Shown: positions 26,524 through 40,423 of the stretch, one piece after another
Numbering within the stretch: the first letter of the stretch is position 1
Layout of the letters: each line of letters opens with the position of its first letter
Origin: Eledone cirrhosa
Taxonomy: Eukaryota
Direction: 5' to 3'
DNA: 64,000 nucleotides
NCBI GenBank assembly: GCA_964016885.1
Contig: OZ024742.1
Coordinates: forward strand, 304,854,001 to 304,918,000
Notes under the pieces: generated by a model
Told to the model about the DNA's origin: nothing
What the model saw: only the letters and a program-made list of their open reading frames with translations
The model's database searches: none
Made by a program: the position numbers and the translations under genes

Positions 26524-27258
26524 TATAGATAGATAGATAGATAGATATGCATTTGAATAATTCCACCTTAACATTAGATCTACTTATACTATATATGATT
26601 TAATCTACTACATTGAACATCTCGGGTACACTTTGCTGCATCTCTGTTTTTGACAACCAGCAATCCAGCTCACCAACCAGTCGAATACATTTTTTTTTCG
26701 TTTCATATGATCAGTTTGTATTCATCCATACTTTTCTTTACTTCAACAATAATAATAAAACCCAAAACCATCAGCAACATCAGCAATAAAGCAGGAGTAG
26801 TGACATGTTGCCTAACATTAGTGTTCAATAACTGTAGTTTTAAAAAAAAATGTACATGAGCAACCCAGAGAAATTTCTTCCATGTTTACATGGGCGGTAT
26901 TTAGAGCTTTCGGCAAAGAGTTAAATCTAGATATTTCTTCATTTAATCTATCACCCTGCTGTTAAGTGAACAAAAAATAGTTAAAATTAATTCAACAATA
27001 TCAGATCATTAACTCAGAGAAAAGATGTTGATGGCGGCGGGGGTGTACATAAAGTAAGATATAAACATAATAAAAAGGAAATAATTAAAAAAAGATAAGA
27101 ACACAAGCGTTTTAATAAAAACGTACCGAAGAAAAGTATATATAATATGAAAACATGAACAAGAAAAAGGAAACAAATTTGGCTAAACGAAATATATTGA
27201 TTATGACTGTATTCTGTGTGTGCCTACGTGGGTGCAGTAAGCGTGAATGTAACTATGG

Positions 27259-27337
<79 letters not shown>

Positions 27338-27347
27338 GCATATATAT

Positions 27348-27427
<80 letters not shown>

Positions 27428-29792
27428 ATGTGTGTCTGCACGCATGTGTGTGAGTGTTTGTAGTAAACAGACACTCTCACACACATATAAACATATATAT
27501 ATACATATATAGCCTCGGGTATCAATCTATCCCAACTTCACTTAGACACATATACACACAATTACTGCGTGTCTCGATTCCATAACAGATTCAGTCTCTA
27601 ATGAATCCATGAAATTTTACTTCAAAGACTACAAAATGGAATTTCCTCTTTCCATCAAAAGTAGAAAGCAGCTGTAAAACCTATTCGAAATTTAGAACGT
27701 CTGCCACATCGCTTATCAATTTCATCGATATATGTGTATCGATAAACCTCCCTTGATTGACTGATCGTCTGTTCTCTGAATAGCATATGTGACATCAGTT
27801 ACACACGCCATATTAGTAACTGAGTTGTTGGTATGTTAATCAGTTTGTGAAGCCGGGATATTACTATTTCCATTTATGATAGTGATGTTATCCATACGTC
27901 CATAACAGCCCACTCATCTCTCTCATTACGAAAAAGAAAATATGCAATCAGCTACATCTACGAGCACACAAACCCATCCCCAAATAGACATTGACACCAC
28001 TTCTAAGTGTAAAAAGACTTCTTACTAATATATCGATTAGCTATCTTGTTGAAATCATCAGCTTCATTAACAACGCCGTTAATATCATCATATTTATTAG
28101 CTATACCAAGTTGAAAACCAAAGGCTGTTTTGAATACCGATGCCATGATGACATTACTCATCCACGCATATTCAATTAGCAACACCGCACCCAAATGCAA
28201 TAATACACCGATTATATACAGAACACAGAAACATCGATAAAATACACTATTCCAACCATTAACAACATATATGATGATCGTATTCAATAGAAACACAAGT
28301 AGGGATATATGTAACAACTAGACTGTTGACTTCCACACGCCATGTAACACAAATATTGGTTGTTCTTATTATTTCACCAATTTCGTCAATAGTATCATAT
28401 GCAATGTCAACTCATATGCCAAAGAGGTCTAGGGTGAGGTTTTCCAATGTATATGCTGAAATATGTAAAGGACCTCCGACATCATATAATCTACAGATGT
28501 TGTAAACGTTCACAGTTAATGTGAAATTAAGTTCAAACACTTTGGTGCCACATTAGACTATGGCCGTTTTAGAAGCAATATTGACTCTTGAACGTAATAA
28601 ATTTTTTCTTCAATATGCGCTAAGAAATAGGATAAACGTAATTAAGAATACTTATTCCTTGATTAAAAACCGAAATTGTTCAGAATTAAAAAAGAAATTA
28701 TAATAATAATATCAACTCCGTTGCTCAATAATATTGAATATTTCCTGAAGACATAGGAACAGAAACATCATGGGGAAGAGAATTGATAAATTTCAGTGTT
28801 TCAGAAAGTGACATCCGAGAAATCGGAGAATTCTAGGGTTCCACAAGAAAATATATAAGTTTATAAAACTTAATAGCAATTTATTACATAGAGGTGTGAA
28901 TATCCGGTAACTTTAACAAACGTTGGGCGAATTTGAAATTGAAATTGTGTGCATCCCAAAGAAAAGGACTTTAATAAGTGTAATTACTATAAATAATATT
29001 CAAGAATAAAAAGATTAAAGTACCATTCGAGCAAGCAAGAAATGAACAGATGTAACTTCGAGGAATCCACCTCGTATTCCTTGGATTTGCGGGCAGATCA
29101 TTAATCACTACGCTATATTATGTGAATAATTATTCTCTCCAACACAATTTTTGATTAACGTAATATCCTGTTATAATCGGGGTTAAGAACTTCTCCATAA
29201 GATATAGTATTCTCCACTGCAATTTTCGGAAAATTGTACAAGTGTTCTGCAACAAAATATGATTGAAAATCAATGATATAGTTTATCAATAGACACGTAT
29301 ATATATTTCGTATTATCATTCCCGAGAGATAAAAGGCATTGGACTCACTATAAGATGTAAAAACTAAATAGTATAACTTTGGAGTATAGTACTACAGTTT
29401 CTAAAACATTAACACATTTTGGGGAGTGGAAATAAAGAAGCATAGAATATATGTACGGATTTATTAGTTTTTCTGTGCAATAATCTGTCCTGTTTATTGA
29501 AAACACGCATATACCAATGTGGGTACCATCATATAACGTTTCATCTGTGAAATTATAATTACATTGTGATTGTAGAATATAAAGCGAAGAATATTACTAT
29601 AAAAAACAAAATAGTTATTAACTTTAAAATATAATAAACTTCTCATTGATGTACATGAATTATCAATACAAATGGATGAGTATTAAAATAATGAATAAAA
29701 ATATCAATAAATATCGTCACAATTTACTCGTACAAATGTTATGCACATATAAATACACACACATATAAATGTGCGTGTGTGTCTGTGTGCAT

Positions 29793-29886
<94 letters not shown>

Positions 29887-30004
29887 ATACAATTATATCA
29901 TTGAGTGGGTGAGGAAACAATCGAAGCTTAGTCGATTCTCCTCCCCTAGATTCCTATACCAATAACGTGGTCTACAGGAATGATCAGCAAAAGCCCTCAT
30001 CGAA

Positions 30005-30280
30005 CTCTGTGATTGTAAGGTAGTACGTTTAACTCCCAGGGTCACATTATATCCTTGAGAAAGACACTATGTTTCTTGTTGCAGCAATCCACTCAGATGG
30101 AAAAAAATGAGCTTTAATTTGTAATTCAAAGGTGTCACACTGCCTAGATGAATCAACCCTGAGAATTATTTTTATAATACACGTGTCTGTGAAATTCTCA
30201 ATCCCCTATAATTTAATTTCAAAAGCATGGTATGTTTTGAACAACTGTAACACTCATCGTCGGAACCGACAGAGGACCAT
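30005..30280 (+). mobile_element. Degenerate tRNA-derived CORE-type SINE (family B)
   Basis: TCCTTGAGAAAGACACT..TTGTTGCAGCAATCCACTCAG resembles the copies at 37160, 50405 and 60270. Confidence 0.55.
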
Positions 30281-30687
30281 TATTTAGTTTGATCAGAGTT
30301 TCATACACATCGTTATTTTCACCATTTACTTCTTCGTTTCGTGACGACCTCTTTTAACTTCAATTGCCAAAAGAGCAATAAATATTATATATTTAACCGA
30401 ACTACTATCTCTGATCTGCTTCGTTTAACATACTTTTACTTTACTTTTTTCTTAAATTATATATATATATATATATATACAAACACACACATATATATAT
30501 ATATACATGCATACGTTATACACGCATGCTCATAAATATACACACACACACGCTATATATATATATATATATATATAAATATATATATATATGTATATAT
30601 ATATTTATATATATATATAAATATATATATTTATATATATATATATATGCTCATACACACATACTTATATATATATTTATATATATG

Positions 30688-30740
<53 letters not shown>

Positions 30741-30788
30741 TGTATATATATGTATACTGTATAAATGTATACATACATATATATACAT

Positions 30789-30857
<69 letters not shown>

Positions 30858-31221
30858 CACACCATTATAATAATCCTTTTCATTTGTGTGTTTTAGTATG
30901 TTATCTCCTTTCATGAAAATTCTGATGTTGATGATTATGAAATGTTTATTGTTGCTCACTAAATTCTTATTTATGTTGTTGTAATTATGGTTGTTCTTTT
31001 CTTTTGCAGGTAAACACAGTTGTTTTTCTTTCTTTTTATACAATTATACTATTCAATGATGAATGGCGACAGAAGATAAGTGTCAAATATCATACACAAA
31101 TTTTGTTCATCTTTATTTTCTTGATTAAATTTGACATTAAAGTTTTGCATTAGATAATTAAGCTTTAGAACATCAACACGCCGAATGAACACACACAACC
31201 ATACATATACACACATATATA

Positions 31222-31301
<80 letters not shown>

Positions 31302-31345
31302 TATATATATACATACATATACGGATATATATATATATATAAATA

Positions 31346-31435
<90 letters not shown>

Positions 31436-31548
31436 TATATGTATATATATATATATATATATACATATGTACATATATATACGTATGAGTGTGGTGAAAA
31501 TATAAATATATACATTATTTTATAAACGTCTTAATATTTGTCTATATA

Positions 31549-31622
<74 letters not shown>

Positions 31623-32161
31623 ATGTATGTATATATATACATACTACTGTACGTCTGTATACATATAAGTATGTACGTATACATACATATTTACATTTAA
31701 GTAACTACCATACTAAGAGTGAGAAGTGAAATTTCGTTTCATTCTATTCCATTTATATATATATATATATGTGTGTGCGCCGGTGCTTCTACGTGTGTTC
31801 GGAAGATCTCGCACTCACGTACATATCTCTGTTTAGAAGAAAAACTTCAATATCCCTCCTGATTTTAAGATAGCACAATAGAAAGGAATGAAATAAGAAA
31901 AAGGATGTTGTAACGAGTAATACACGCTTTAACCGAAAGAGAATTTGATACTTGTGTGTATAATTTTACCTGTGCATTTGGATATTACCAATAAATACAC
32001 ATAGAGCGTAAGAATAATAGTTGCACTGGAAGCTATCCTGCCGGTATTTTCGGGTTATACATACATACACACACATATATACATGTGTGTGTGTGTGTGT
32101 GTTTGTGCGTATATATATATATCTACATACATATATATATACACACACGCACAGACTCACA

Positions 32162-32236
<75 letters not shown>

Positions 32237-32243
32237 CTATCTC

Positions 32244-32296
<53 letters not shown>

Positions 32297-32755
32297 TACC
32301 ACCTACATACTTAAAATACATGTTAGCGTGTACCTCTCTTAATGTGTGGTTTGTAATAATTGGGAGAATTGGCCGTCCCGCACTAACCCAGTCTGACTCA
32401 TTCTGTCCCACTCAGCCTACAAGATTATAATTGGATTGCCTGTGAGAATAAAATGGTTAATAATGAGCTCCTCTTGGTGAGTGCTGACCTTCGGTCAAGT
32501 ACTTAAGATCTGACTCAGGGAGAGTTTATTTTTATTTTGTTGTATATTTTATGTTCCTATACTTCCCCACCTTGCAATTTGACACCGAGAACATCTCTGA
32601 AACGAAAGTTTTGCTAATAAGTAACAATGAACCTCCTTCCGGAAGAGAAAACTTTGGCCGACAAGCATTATGGAAGTTGTAAAGAAATACAAGAAAAACA
32701 CGCATTCAGAAACACATGCACGCACATTTCTACACACACACACACGCACACATCT

Positions 32756-32822
<67 letters not shown>

Positions 32823-32895
32823 TTTATATATATATAAATATATACATATATGCGTGTTTGGTTATGCGTATGGATGTATATATATAAATATATAA

Positions 32896-33002
<107 letters not shown>

Positions 33003-33202
33003 TGTTTGTATACATTATACTATTGCTTTCTGGCTTTAATCATGTAGCACCGACCATGCTACAGAATGCTATTTTTTATCAATCATAACCCATGATGAAT
33101 TTTAGACACATGTGCATTCTGCACTTAAATACATTCAGGTATAGTAGGGGCCTTTCACGTATGGCTTGCATGTATGTATGCATGCATGTGTATATGTATG
33201 TT

Positions 33203-33274
<72 letters not shown>

Positions 33275-33431
33275 AAAGTTAAACAAGTTTCTATGAATAC
33301 ATCAAAGAATGAGTTTTCCAATAGATTGGAAGCACTCAACCAAAATGGTTTTCCAGAGTTTTTTATTAATTCAAATGATTATTAATTCAAATTTAGCCAT
33401 CTACTATGTCAGGGTATGTCATGCATCATCT

Positions 33432-33498
33432 TATTTTATCTGATGAGGACGTACTGTTGAACTTAACTCAGTACCTCTGAAATATGTATAATAAAATA
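33432..33498 (+). ncRNA. Minimal type I hammerhead ribozyme motif
   Basis: Stem I TATTTTAT/ATAAAATA (8 bp); core CTGATGA (33440-46); stem II GGACGTACTG/CAGTACCTCT; GAAA (33479-82); self-complementary TATGTA; UA cleavage site after 33490. Confidence 0.8.
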
Positions 33499-33550
33499 TA
33501 CTTGATCACAAGAATATCTATTTTGTTAATATTTTGAATTAATATATCTA

Positions 33551-33595
<45 letters not shown>

Positions 33596-33808
33596 CAGCC
33601 GACTGGCTAAATCCAACCTGCGGTACTGCCATTGTTACTACTCTTTCTATAGCTGACATTCCTTGTTTGGCCATTATGCATGACGGTGTTTCTTACTACT
33701 ACCCTAATTTTTGACATGTTGTTGGCCGTAGAAGCGCCACATTTTACTGTGTCAAGTTCTTCATGCACAGAATGAGACACACATATATATGTATTATATA
33801 TATATCTG

Positions 33809-33874
33809 TATTTTATCTGATGAAAGCGCACCAAAATTTGCCTTGTTTGCCCTTGAAATATATATAATAAAATA
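33809..33874 (+). ncRNA. Minimal type I hammerhead ribozyme motif
   Basis: Stem I TATTTTAT/ATAAAATA; CTGATGA (33817-23); stem II AAGCGCA/TGCCCTT; GAAA (33855-58); palindromic TATATA; UA cleavage site after 33866. Confidence 0.78.
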
Positions 33875-34004
33875 AATATGGTTTTATAAATATAGTTTCC
33901 ATTTATCAATATATTGTGTATTTACTCCACTAACATTTTGATTGCTTATATCAGTTATAAAAATGTTTAAGCTTGTTGAATCCCAACAAATTAAATATAA
34001 CCTC

Positions 34005-34068
<64 letters not shown>

Positions 34069-34077
34069 CCAAATCCT

Positions 34078-34178
34078 GATTTGAAAGACTTCGCAATATC
34101 GTGCTATTAAGCTAGACACGGCCTGCGCCAATACTGGCCGAAACCTATTAAACATATCAAAGTTCAAGTTATATATAT

Positions 34179-34213
<35 letters not shown>

Positions 34214-34305
34214 ACTTGAACTTTGATATTTTTAATAGGTTTCGGCCAGTATTGGCGCAGGCCGTGTCTAGCTTAATAGCACGATATTGCGAAGTCTTTC
34301 AAATC
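34078..34305. repeat. Near-perfect inverted repeat (~93 bp arms) centred on a (TA)n tract
   Basis: GATTTGAAAGACTTCGC...AAAGTTCAAGTT (TA)n AACTTGAACTTT...GCGAAGTCTTTCAAATC; one mismatch seen. Confidence 0.92.
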
Positions 34306-34316
34306 TATTACTATAT

Positions 34317-34374
<58 letters not shown>

Positions 34375-34898
34375 ATAGGATAATGAAGGAGAATGGTCTG
34401 GGACGTGTTGAACTGTACGCACAAGCCATCCCTATGTAACGGCAGACATAATGGAGAAACCGTAACCTGGAGGATAGGGAGAGAAATGCATCTCAGTTCC
34501 ATTTTCAACATTTGAAATGGAAGTTTCTTCTCACCCACATATACATGTTCACATTCATAATCATATAAAGTAATACAGAATGGCTCAGTTGGTTGGGTGA
34601 TTAGTCAGTGTATAATGGCGTACAACACTAGTACACAGCTTTTTCAATAAGATATGTTATTGTTTCATGATATCTCACTTATTTGAAACTGTATAAATTA
34701 GGTTTCTTAAACAGAAACGTCATTCCAGTGCTAAAATCTGGTAGACATTTGTGATCGAGCGAATTTAAAAATAATGTCTAATAACAGCCAAAGAAATAAA
34801 GGATAAATTTCATATTCAACACAAAATCTTGGTGCTTGTCAAGAACAAATCCTAAGTCTCTGTGATAATAGATATGTTACATTATTTACTAGTAAACA

Positions 34899-35082
34899 TG
34901 GTGGATTGGCAGTATCGGTAGAGGGTCGGACGATATGCTTTGACGCATAGAGTTACGGATCTTTCCATTCTGAGTTCAAATCCCGCCGAGGTCAACTTTG
35001 CCTTTCATCCTTACGGGGTCGATAAAATAAAGTACCAGTAATGTACTGGATAATTGCTGGCCTTGTGCCAAAAGTAGAAACA
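34899..35082 (+). mobile_element. tRNA-derived SINE (family A) with an 18 bp target-site duplication
   Basis: A-box-like TGGCAGTATCGG and B-box GAGTTCAAATCC; body GTCAACTTTGCCTTTCATCCTTACGGGGTCGATAAAATAAAGTACCAG; ATTATTTACTAGTAAACA duplicated at 34881-34898 and 35083-35100. Confidence 0.9.
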
Positions 35083-35433
35083 ATTATTTACTAGTAAACA
35101 GAGAGGGGGGACTGACACGCACACACACACACAAACACAAATGCAAACTTATTTCCATACATTTGTATATACATATATATATATACACTTGTATATATAC
35201 ACACATGTATATTGTGAGAGAGCGATCAAATTGTGCCCTAGCCAATAGGTGTAAGGAAGAATATAATATATATATATATATATATACCCTATCTTATATT
35301 CTAATTTTACTTTTTACATCTGTAACCTCTCTACCTTTTTACCATACATGTATTATTATTGATGTTATTATTTTAATTATACGCTATTTTTCTATATAAG
35401 TCTTGCCCCGAGTGAATTATTTTCATATCTACA

Positions 35434-35542
35434 TACACTGATGTGTTGATCATAGGTGAATAATGTATTTGAGATCGAATAACGCAACATCAAGCGATTA
35501 GCGAGCTCTAGACCCACATGATCAACGAAACAATTGTCAGTA
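35434..35542 (+). ncRNA. Degenerate type I hammerhead motif with an enlarged stem II
   Basis: CTGATG(T) at 35438-44; 9 bp stem GTTGATCAT/ATGATCAAC; GAAA-CAATTG-TC; imperfect stem I TACA/AGTA; AATAAA downstream. Confidence 0.6.
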
Positions 35543-35595
35543 CTTTAAATAAAGCCGTTATTGATAAAGCTGTGTACTAGTTAATCTTCATTCTT

Positions 35596-35679
<84 letters not shown>

Positions 35680-35738
35680 CTTCATATATATATATATATA
35701 TATATGAAAGTATGTATATATATATATATGTATATACA

Positions 35739-35770
<32 letters not shown>

Positions 35771-37122
35771 CATACTCTCTCTCTACTCCCCCCCCCCTCA
35801 ATCTCCTCTGCAACTCTCTTTAAAAGGTTACTGCCTCCGTCTACTACCCTATCAACATTACAATTTAGAACGACAAAACTTCTTTTGAAGGAACGCGACA
35901 CAAACTTTGAAACCTAAGCAACAACCATAGCTTTACTCTCCTCGTCGCTCTTCCCTACGTCTATATGAATAATATATAATTTTAATCAGTTTTTCATTAC
36001 AATTTCTCATAATGTGAAAAAAGTTTTAGAATATTGAGCATATGTATATTTTTGATATATTACCATGTTTTAAGAAAGAAATTAGATTTTAAAGAAAATT
36101 ACAACTAAACGCCGCCACGACACTAAATCGATCAACCGTCATTGATTTATGCAAGCAGACATGAATACGGATTTACCCTACAACGAATGTATATATAGAA
36201 AATATATGTTTAGAGAGATATCCAAATACCAGCTTTCCTTTATTTTCTACCTGCCATTAAAATAGTAGATCTATTCCGGCTTAAATAGTCCTAGACTAAA
36301 TGTTAATTAATTAAACTGCATTCGTACAACGGTCTGAATACTCGTTAAAGACCGACTGAAATGCACTCACATATACACACATAATGATTGTTTCTAGTTT
36401 TGGCATAAGGGCAGAAATTATCTCAATGCATTACTGGTACTTTATTGCATTGGAATAATTTTCTGGCCTTGTGCCAGAAGTAGGAACAATTATTATGTGT
36501 GTATGTATACATAATAATGACGTAGACGAATGGACAGTAATTTTGCATAGACAATTTTAAAAATTCAATATAATGTATGAATATAAAGTAGAATTAGATA
36601 ATTTGTGTGTAGGAAAAATGTTACGTACATGATTATTTTTGCTCAATTTATATGAAGAATTCGTGTATAGTTTAAATATATTTGTTAATATACAGGTCCA
36701 GGTGGGAAGAAATGAGTTATTTCACCTAAAGCATGTCTGCTATTCAGACAAACGGGAAAAAAAGAATATTATAAACACTGTAGAAGGTTTTACTAGAAGA
36801 GACACAACTCTTTCAACTGCCGGATATCAATTGAGATTAGTAAGAGGGGGGGGGGGGGGGGGGGGTAGATCTTGCCTTCCATTATTTGAGTCAAAATGGC
36901 AGATATATTACTGGTCTATCATAGAGTGGATAACAAATAAACTAAAACTTGTTAAAAACACAATGTTGTTATACATGTGATCCAACTGCTTTGCAATTAA
37001 GATACAACGGAATTTGGAAGACAACAATTTTGTATATTTACACACACACACACACACATACACATAAATTCATACATACGCGCGCACACACATATAAAGA
37101 TGTATATATTGTTTTATATATA

Positions 37123-37159
<37 letters not shown>

Positions 37160-37160
<1 letters not shown>

Positions 37161-37409
37161 TGAATGGTTTAGTAGTGATGAGTTGTGTGCTTGAACAAGA
37201 CACTTTATTTTACGTTGCACCTGTTTACTTAGCTGTAGAAATGAGTTGCGACGTCACTGGTAACCTTTCCCTTGGACATCATCGGGGACGTGGAGAGGGG
37301 AGACTTGTATGCATGGGCGACTGGTGGTCTTCTTCAAACAACCTTGCCCGGACTTATGCCTCGGAGGGAAAATTTCTAGGTGCAAATCACATGGTCATTC
37401 GTGACCGAA
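37160..37409 (+). mobile_element. CORE-type SINE (family B), head missing
   Basis: GTGCTTGAACAAGACACTTTATTTTACGTTGCACCTG..TAGCTGTAGAAATGAG resembles the CORE domain; homologous to 57715-57995 on the minus strand. Confidence 0.7.
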
Positions 37410-37436
37410 TATATATATATATGTGTGTGTATATAC

Positions 37437-37562
<126 letters not shown>

Positions 37563-37566
37563 ATAC

Positions 37567-37605
<39 letters not shown>

Positions 37606-38213
37606 GACGCATACACATAAGTACATAGCGAAAGTGATAGAAATGCCTAGATAAATAGACGTATGTGTGTGAATTTATGTATGCGGGTATCCGTTTTTGG
37701 CTTATATGCATTGTTGAAGCAAGTAAATATCGGTGAGAACAATTTAGAGAAATTGTTCTGCCTCGACTTACTGTTGCCTTCAGAATTACCATGAACCTGT
37801 AAGACACTCGTTGAAAACATGAAGTGAATACCATCAATGTTCACAAATTGCCATTTAAAAGTTTTAAAAACTATTTCGTATTTAGCGCATTATGTCATAG
37901 GAGTAAAGAGACTGGGGTACTCAGCTTACAGAAAAGGTATAATTGATGCATTTCAATTCACATAGAAACACATATATTCCTGATGCATGTGTTCGTGTTT
38001 TCCTATATATATAACGCCAGGCATAACAAAATCAATGGAAATATTCTACAAATCACAACATGGTCACGTAGGAACATCGCACACAACTATAAATACATGC
38101 AAAAATATGTATGCATGCAAATACATCTTGCGAGTTCGTATATACACATCACACACACATACAAGCCTCTCATCCTTCTCTATCCTTTTCGCTCAATGTA
38201 TCTATGTGTCTTG

Positions 38214-38315
<102 letters not shown>

Positions 38316-38566
38316 TCCTAGCGGGTCCGGGTATGCATTTTACATTCATTTAATTTATTGAATTATTGATATTTTTTATCTGAGTGTCCCGAATCTTCCG
38401 TTATCGTAATTTTTCGATCGTGTGGTTGATTGTAGACTTGTTCTATGTGTGACGGTATTTTAACGATAGTTATAGCTCTGATTTATCTAAATCAGCGAGC
38501 ACTCTGCCGCTCATATCGAATTTTGTTTATCGTGAACTCGTACGCCGATTTTTCGATACTCGATCA

Positions 38567-38647
<81 letters not shown>

Positions 38648-39330
38648 GCATTTGTGTATAATTATATATGTATATATAAATATATGCGTGTTTATGTGTA
38701 TGTGTGTCATTTGTGTGTGTTTATGTGTGTCTGTATCTGTGTCTCCCTGTGTCTGTATCTATGTGGGTGTGTATCTGTATGGCTGTGTATATATATATAC
38801 ACACAGAACAGAAAGAAAAAGGCGGCCTACACTTTAGTGATTCTTCAAATCTGAGACTGTTTTAAGAGCTCTAGCAATTTTGTAGGGTCCCCTAGACTGA
38901 ATTCCGGTTAGTGAGATTTCGGCTAATTAATTTTAAGCGGGAAGTAAGATGACAGAATAAACAGAATGGGTTTATGTACGTTCGTACATATTTGTGTACA
39001 TACACATATGTACGTGTGTATTGTCATTATTGCTGTCTGGTACAAGAGTGATGTTGCTGGTGGTTCTTACTATGAAGAGAAAGTATATTCTTGCTAGTGG
39101 TAGGTTAGTTGGGGGGATGGTTTGTTAACATCTAGGTCTGTCGGTACGTGTGTACGTATGCGAGCATGCGCAGTGGTATGGTGAAACAAGAGTATAATGA
39201 CGTTCTAAAAATATAGCAGCTTGCAGTTTGTTCATCGGTTGAATGAGAGCTAACGACGTCCCATCCTGTGTGGGGAATCAAGGCTTACAGAAAGTTGTCA
39301 GTTCCTGAGTGGACAATAGAAGGTCAAATG

Positions 39331-39370
<40 letters not shown>

Positions 39371-39371
<1 letters not shown>

Positions 39372-39520
39372 GCTTTTTGGAACGCTTCAAAAGGCATGCT
39401 TGCTTGGAACGGCAAGAACCCTCCGATACGTCCTGAATATCTGAGGCTGCAGGTAGTGGCTTGATATTCAATCCAACGGACTTTCCAGTTAACCAACATC
39501 AATGACTGAGATTCAAGGAA
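39371..39520 (+). mobile_element. 3' end of an R4/Dong-like (restriction-like endonuclease) non-LTR element in (TAA)n
   Basis: 39385-39444 translates to LQKACLLGTARTLRYVLNI*, resembling the R4-clade C-terminal motif QK..LLGTA.ILR.VL; (AAT)n lies on both sides. Confidence 0.75.
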
Positions 39521-39530
39521 TAACAATAAC

Positions 39531-39570
<40 letters not shown>

Positions 39571-39572
<2 letters not shown>

Positions 39573-39755
39573 TGTTTTTACGTTAGGCGCAAGGCCATCA
39601 ATTACCAGTGCATTACTGGTACTTTATTTTATCGACCCCGTAAGGATGAAAGGCAAAGTCAACCTCGGCGGGATCGAACTCAGATCGTAAAGGGACGTAA
39701 CTATGCTGGAAAGCATGGCGTCCGACCCTCTACCGATACTGCCAATCCACCGCCC
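39571..39755 (-). mobile_element. SINE family A, full length, embedded in (AAT)n
   Basis: Reverse complement of the 34899 and 46090 copies. Confidence 0.9.
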
Positions 39756-39801
<46 letters not shown>

Positions 39802-39814
39802 GTAAATGGGTCGG

Positions 39815-40423
<609 letters not shown>

